A DNA stretch of 64,000 nt, taken from contig FLMG01000761.1 of assembly GCA_900088475.1 (NCBI GenBank), positions 64,903-128,902 on the forward strand. The letters run 5' to 3'. This document shows, in pieces, positions 62,673-64,000 of this stretch (position 1 is its first letter; each line of letters begins with the position of its first letter). Origin of the DNA: Hyphochytrium catenoides. Taxonomy: Eukaryota; Protista; Hyphochytriomycota. A program made the position numbers and the translations under genes. The notes under the pieces were generated by a model that saw only the letters and a program-made list of their open reading frames with translations, did no database searches and was not told the DNA's origin.

Positions 62673-63393
62673 GTCGTTTGTCCGTCTCATCTCTCTCTCT
62701 CTTCTCTCTTTTCCTTCTCTATTGACGTCTTCTATCATCTTCCTGCTTGCTTCTTCCCTTCCCTAATACTAACTTGTTATTATAAATATTAGCCCTACAT
62801 TCAATGTCTCCCGATTACTATGTCTTCCTGCTTGGACATAATCCATCACCCCGCGAGAGATAAGAGAGAGAGAGAAAGAGAGCAAGAGAGAGAGCGTTCC
62901 CTTCTACTTCTACTCATGCCGTCAGCCTTCACTGACGAGGAAGCATCTGTCCACTAGAGAATGTGTTAGAGGAAGACGACCATGGGAGAAGCGTGGGAAC
63001 AGGATCCACGTGCCCCTGCAGAAGAATTGGATGACCTCTTCTGAAGATTGTGAGAGAAAGAAGTGTACCACGATTGACTCATCCTGGAGGCTCGGATGAG
63101 TAGGAGCAACAGAAGAGAGAGAACGAGAGGAAGGGGAGAGAAAAGACAGAGAGAGAGAGAAGAGAGACGAGGAGGAGAGAGACACAAGAACGAAGCTCAC
63201 TACTGGAGGAGTACTAAATTATACCGGTGATCAAGTATAATGTGTTACAAAGTAACATTAATCAGGAATAACTGCCTGTGGATTGACAATATTGTTTATA
63301 TGGTAGCTGTGCTCCAGCTGTTGGACAGTTGAAGCGTTCCAACACAGCAAGCAGGCAGAAGAGGAGAAAAAATCCCACGCATCCTTTCGCAGA

Positions 63394-63456
<63 letters not shown>

Positions 63457-63748
63457 CTTTCTCTTTTGCTCTCGTTCTCTCCCTCTTCCTTTCTGTCTGT
63501 CTGCCCTTTCCGCTCCCTTCCATTCCATTATTAACCACGCTTTCCATCCTCATCTTCCGCTGTGCCCTTGCTAAGCTTCACAAATCGCTGCGGCGCCCAG
63601 GGCTCCATTGCCCTGTCCTTTTCCTTTTCATAGGTTGACGAGCCAAAAGAAGCGCCATCATGGTCCAGCGCCGAGATAGAGAGAGGCACACTCTCGCTGT
63701 TATCTTTTGGCTTCGCCTCGTTTGAGTGGTTACCTTTAGACAACGGGC

Positions 63749-63925
63749 ATGGGACCCAAGGGGACGATTAGAGACGCCCCAAAAGCCGAAGGCAAAGAGA
63801 GGAAGGCCCAAGAAGCAGGAGCCGCTCCTGCGTATAACCCTGACAAGTATAAGAGTGACTCCTCCACTGTCGCCCTCTCCTTCGGACGGCAGCGTCCATT
63901 CCAGGAGAATGAGGTCACGGACGAG
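63749..63925 (+). CDS. First exon of an unidentified gene continuing beyond the window
   Basis: ORF MGPKGTIRDAPKAEGK...ENEVTDE ends at GAG|GTAAAA and is followed by CT-rich intron-like sequence. An upstream plus-strand CT tract lies at about 63396-63452. Confidence 0.4.
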
Positions 63926-64000
63926 GTAAAATGATAGAGCCCTTTTATCTTCTCTCTCCTGAGCTTATCAAGAAGCTTATTCCCTCTCTCTCTCTCTCTC

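Overview
Gene-dense, intron-rich eukaryotic nuclear DNA with no prokaryotic features. The host is probably a stramenopile/ochrophyte-like protist and not a fungus; this is an inference from a plant-type ALDH12 P5CDH, a plant-type presequence protease, CYFIP and the SUMO sequence. Splicing GT-AG exons by hand gives 12 identifiable genes: PreP/M16C protease (-, runs off the left edge), NBR1-like autophagy receptor (+), CYFIP/Sra1 (-), SUMO (-), WRNIP1/Mgs1 (+), J-domain/TMEM185-like membrane protein (+), kinesin-8 (+), P5CDH/ALDH12 (-), an eEF3-family ABC-F ATPase that looks like fungal New1/Elf1 (+), a B/A-type cyclin (-), a KCTD-type BTB protein (+) and an AANAT/PAA1-like GNAT fused to a PhzF isomerase (+). 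There are also an intronless type I membrane protein, a possible gene start at the right edge, decayed ORFs, a ~145-bp tandem duplication, many (CT)n/(GA)n tracts and four N-gaps. The best leads are: (1) a New1-like ribosomal ATPase, and possibly Mgs1, as a fungal-type intron-poor gene in a non-fungal genome; (2) the GNAT-PhzF fusion enzyme; (3) paired CHR+MSA(Myb) elements upstream of both mitotic genes and E2F-like sites upstream of WRNIP1; (4) an apparent CTAG excess suggesting CAG-context cytosine deamination. Family assignments rest on motifs recalled from memory, not on searches.
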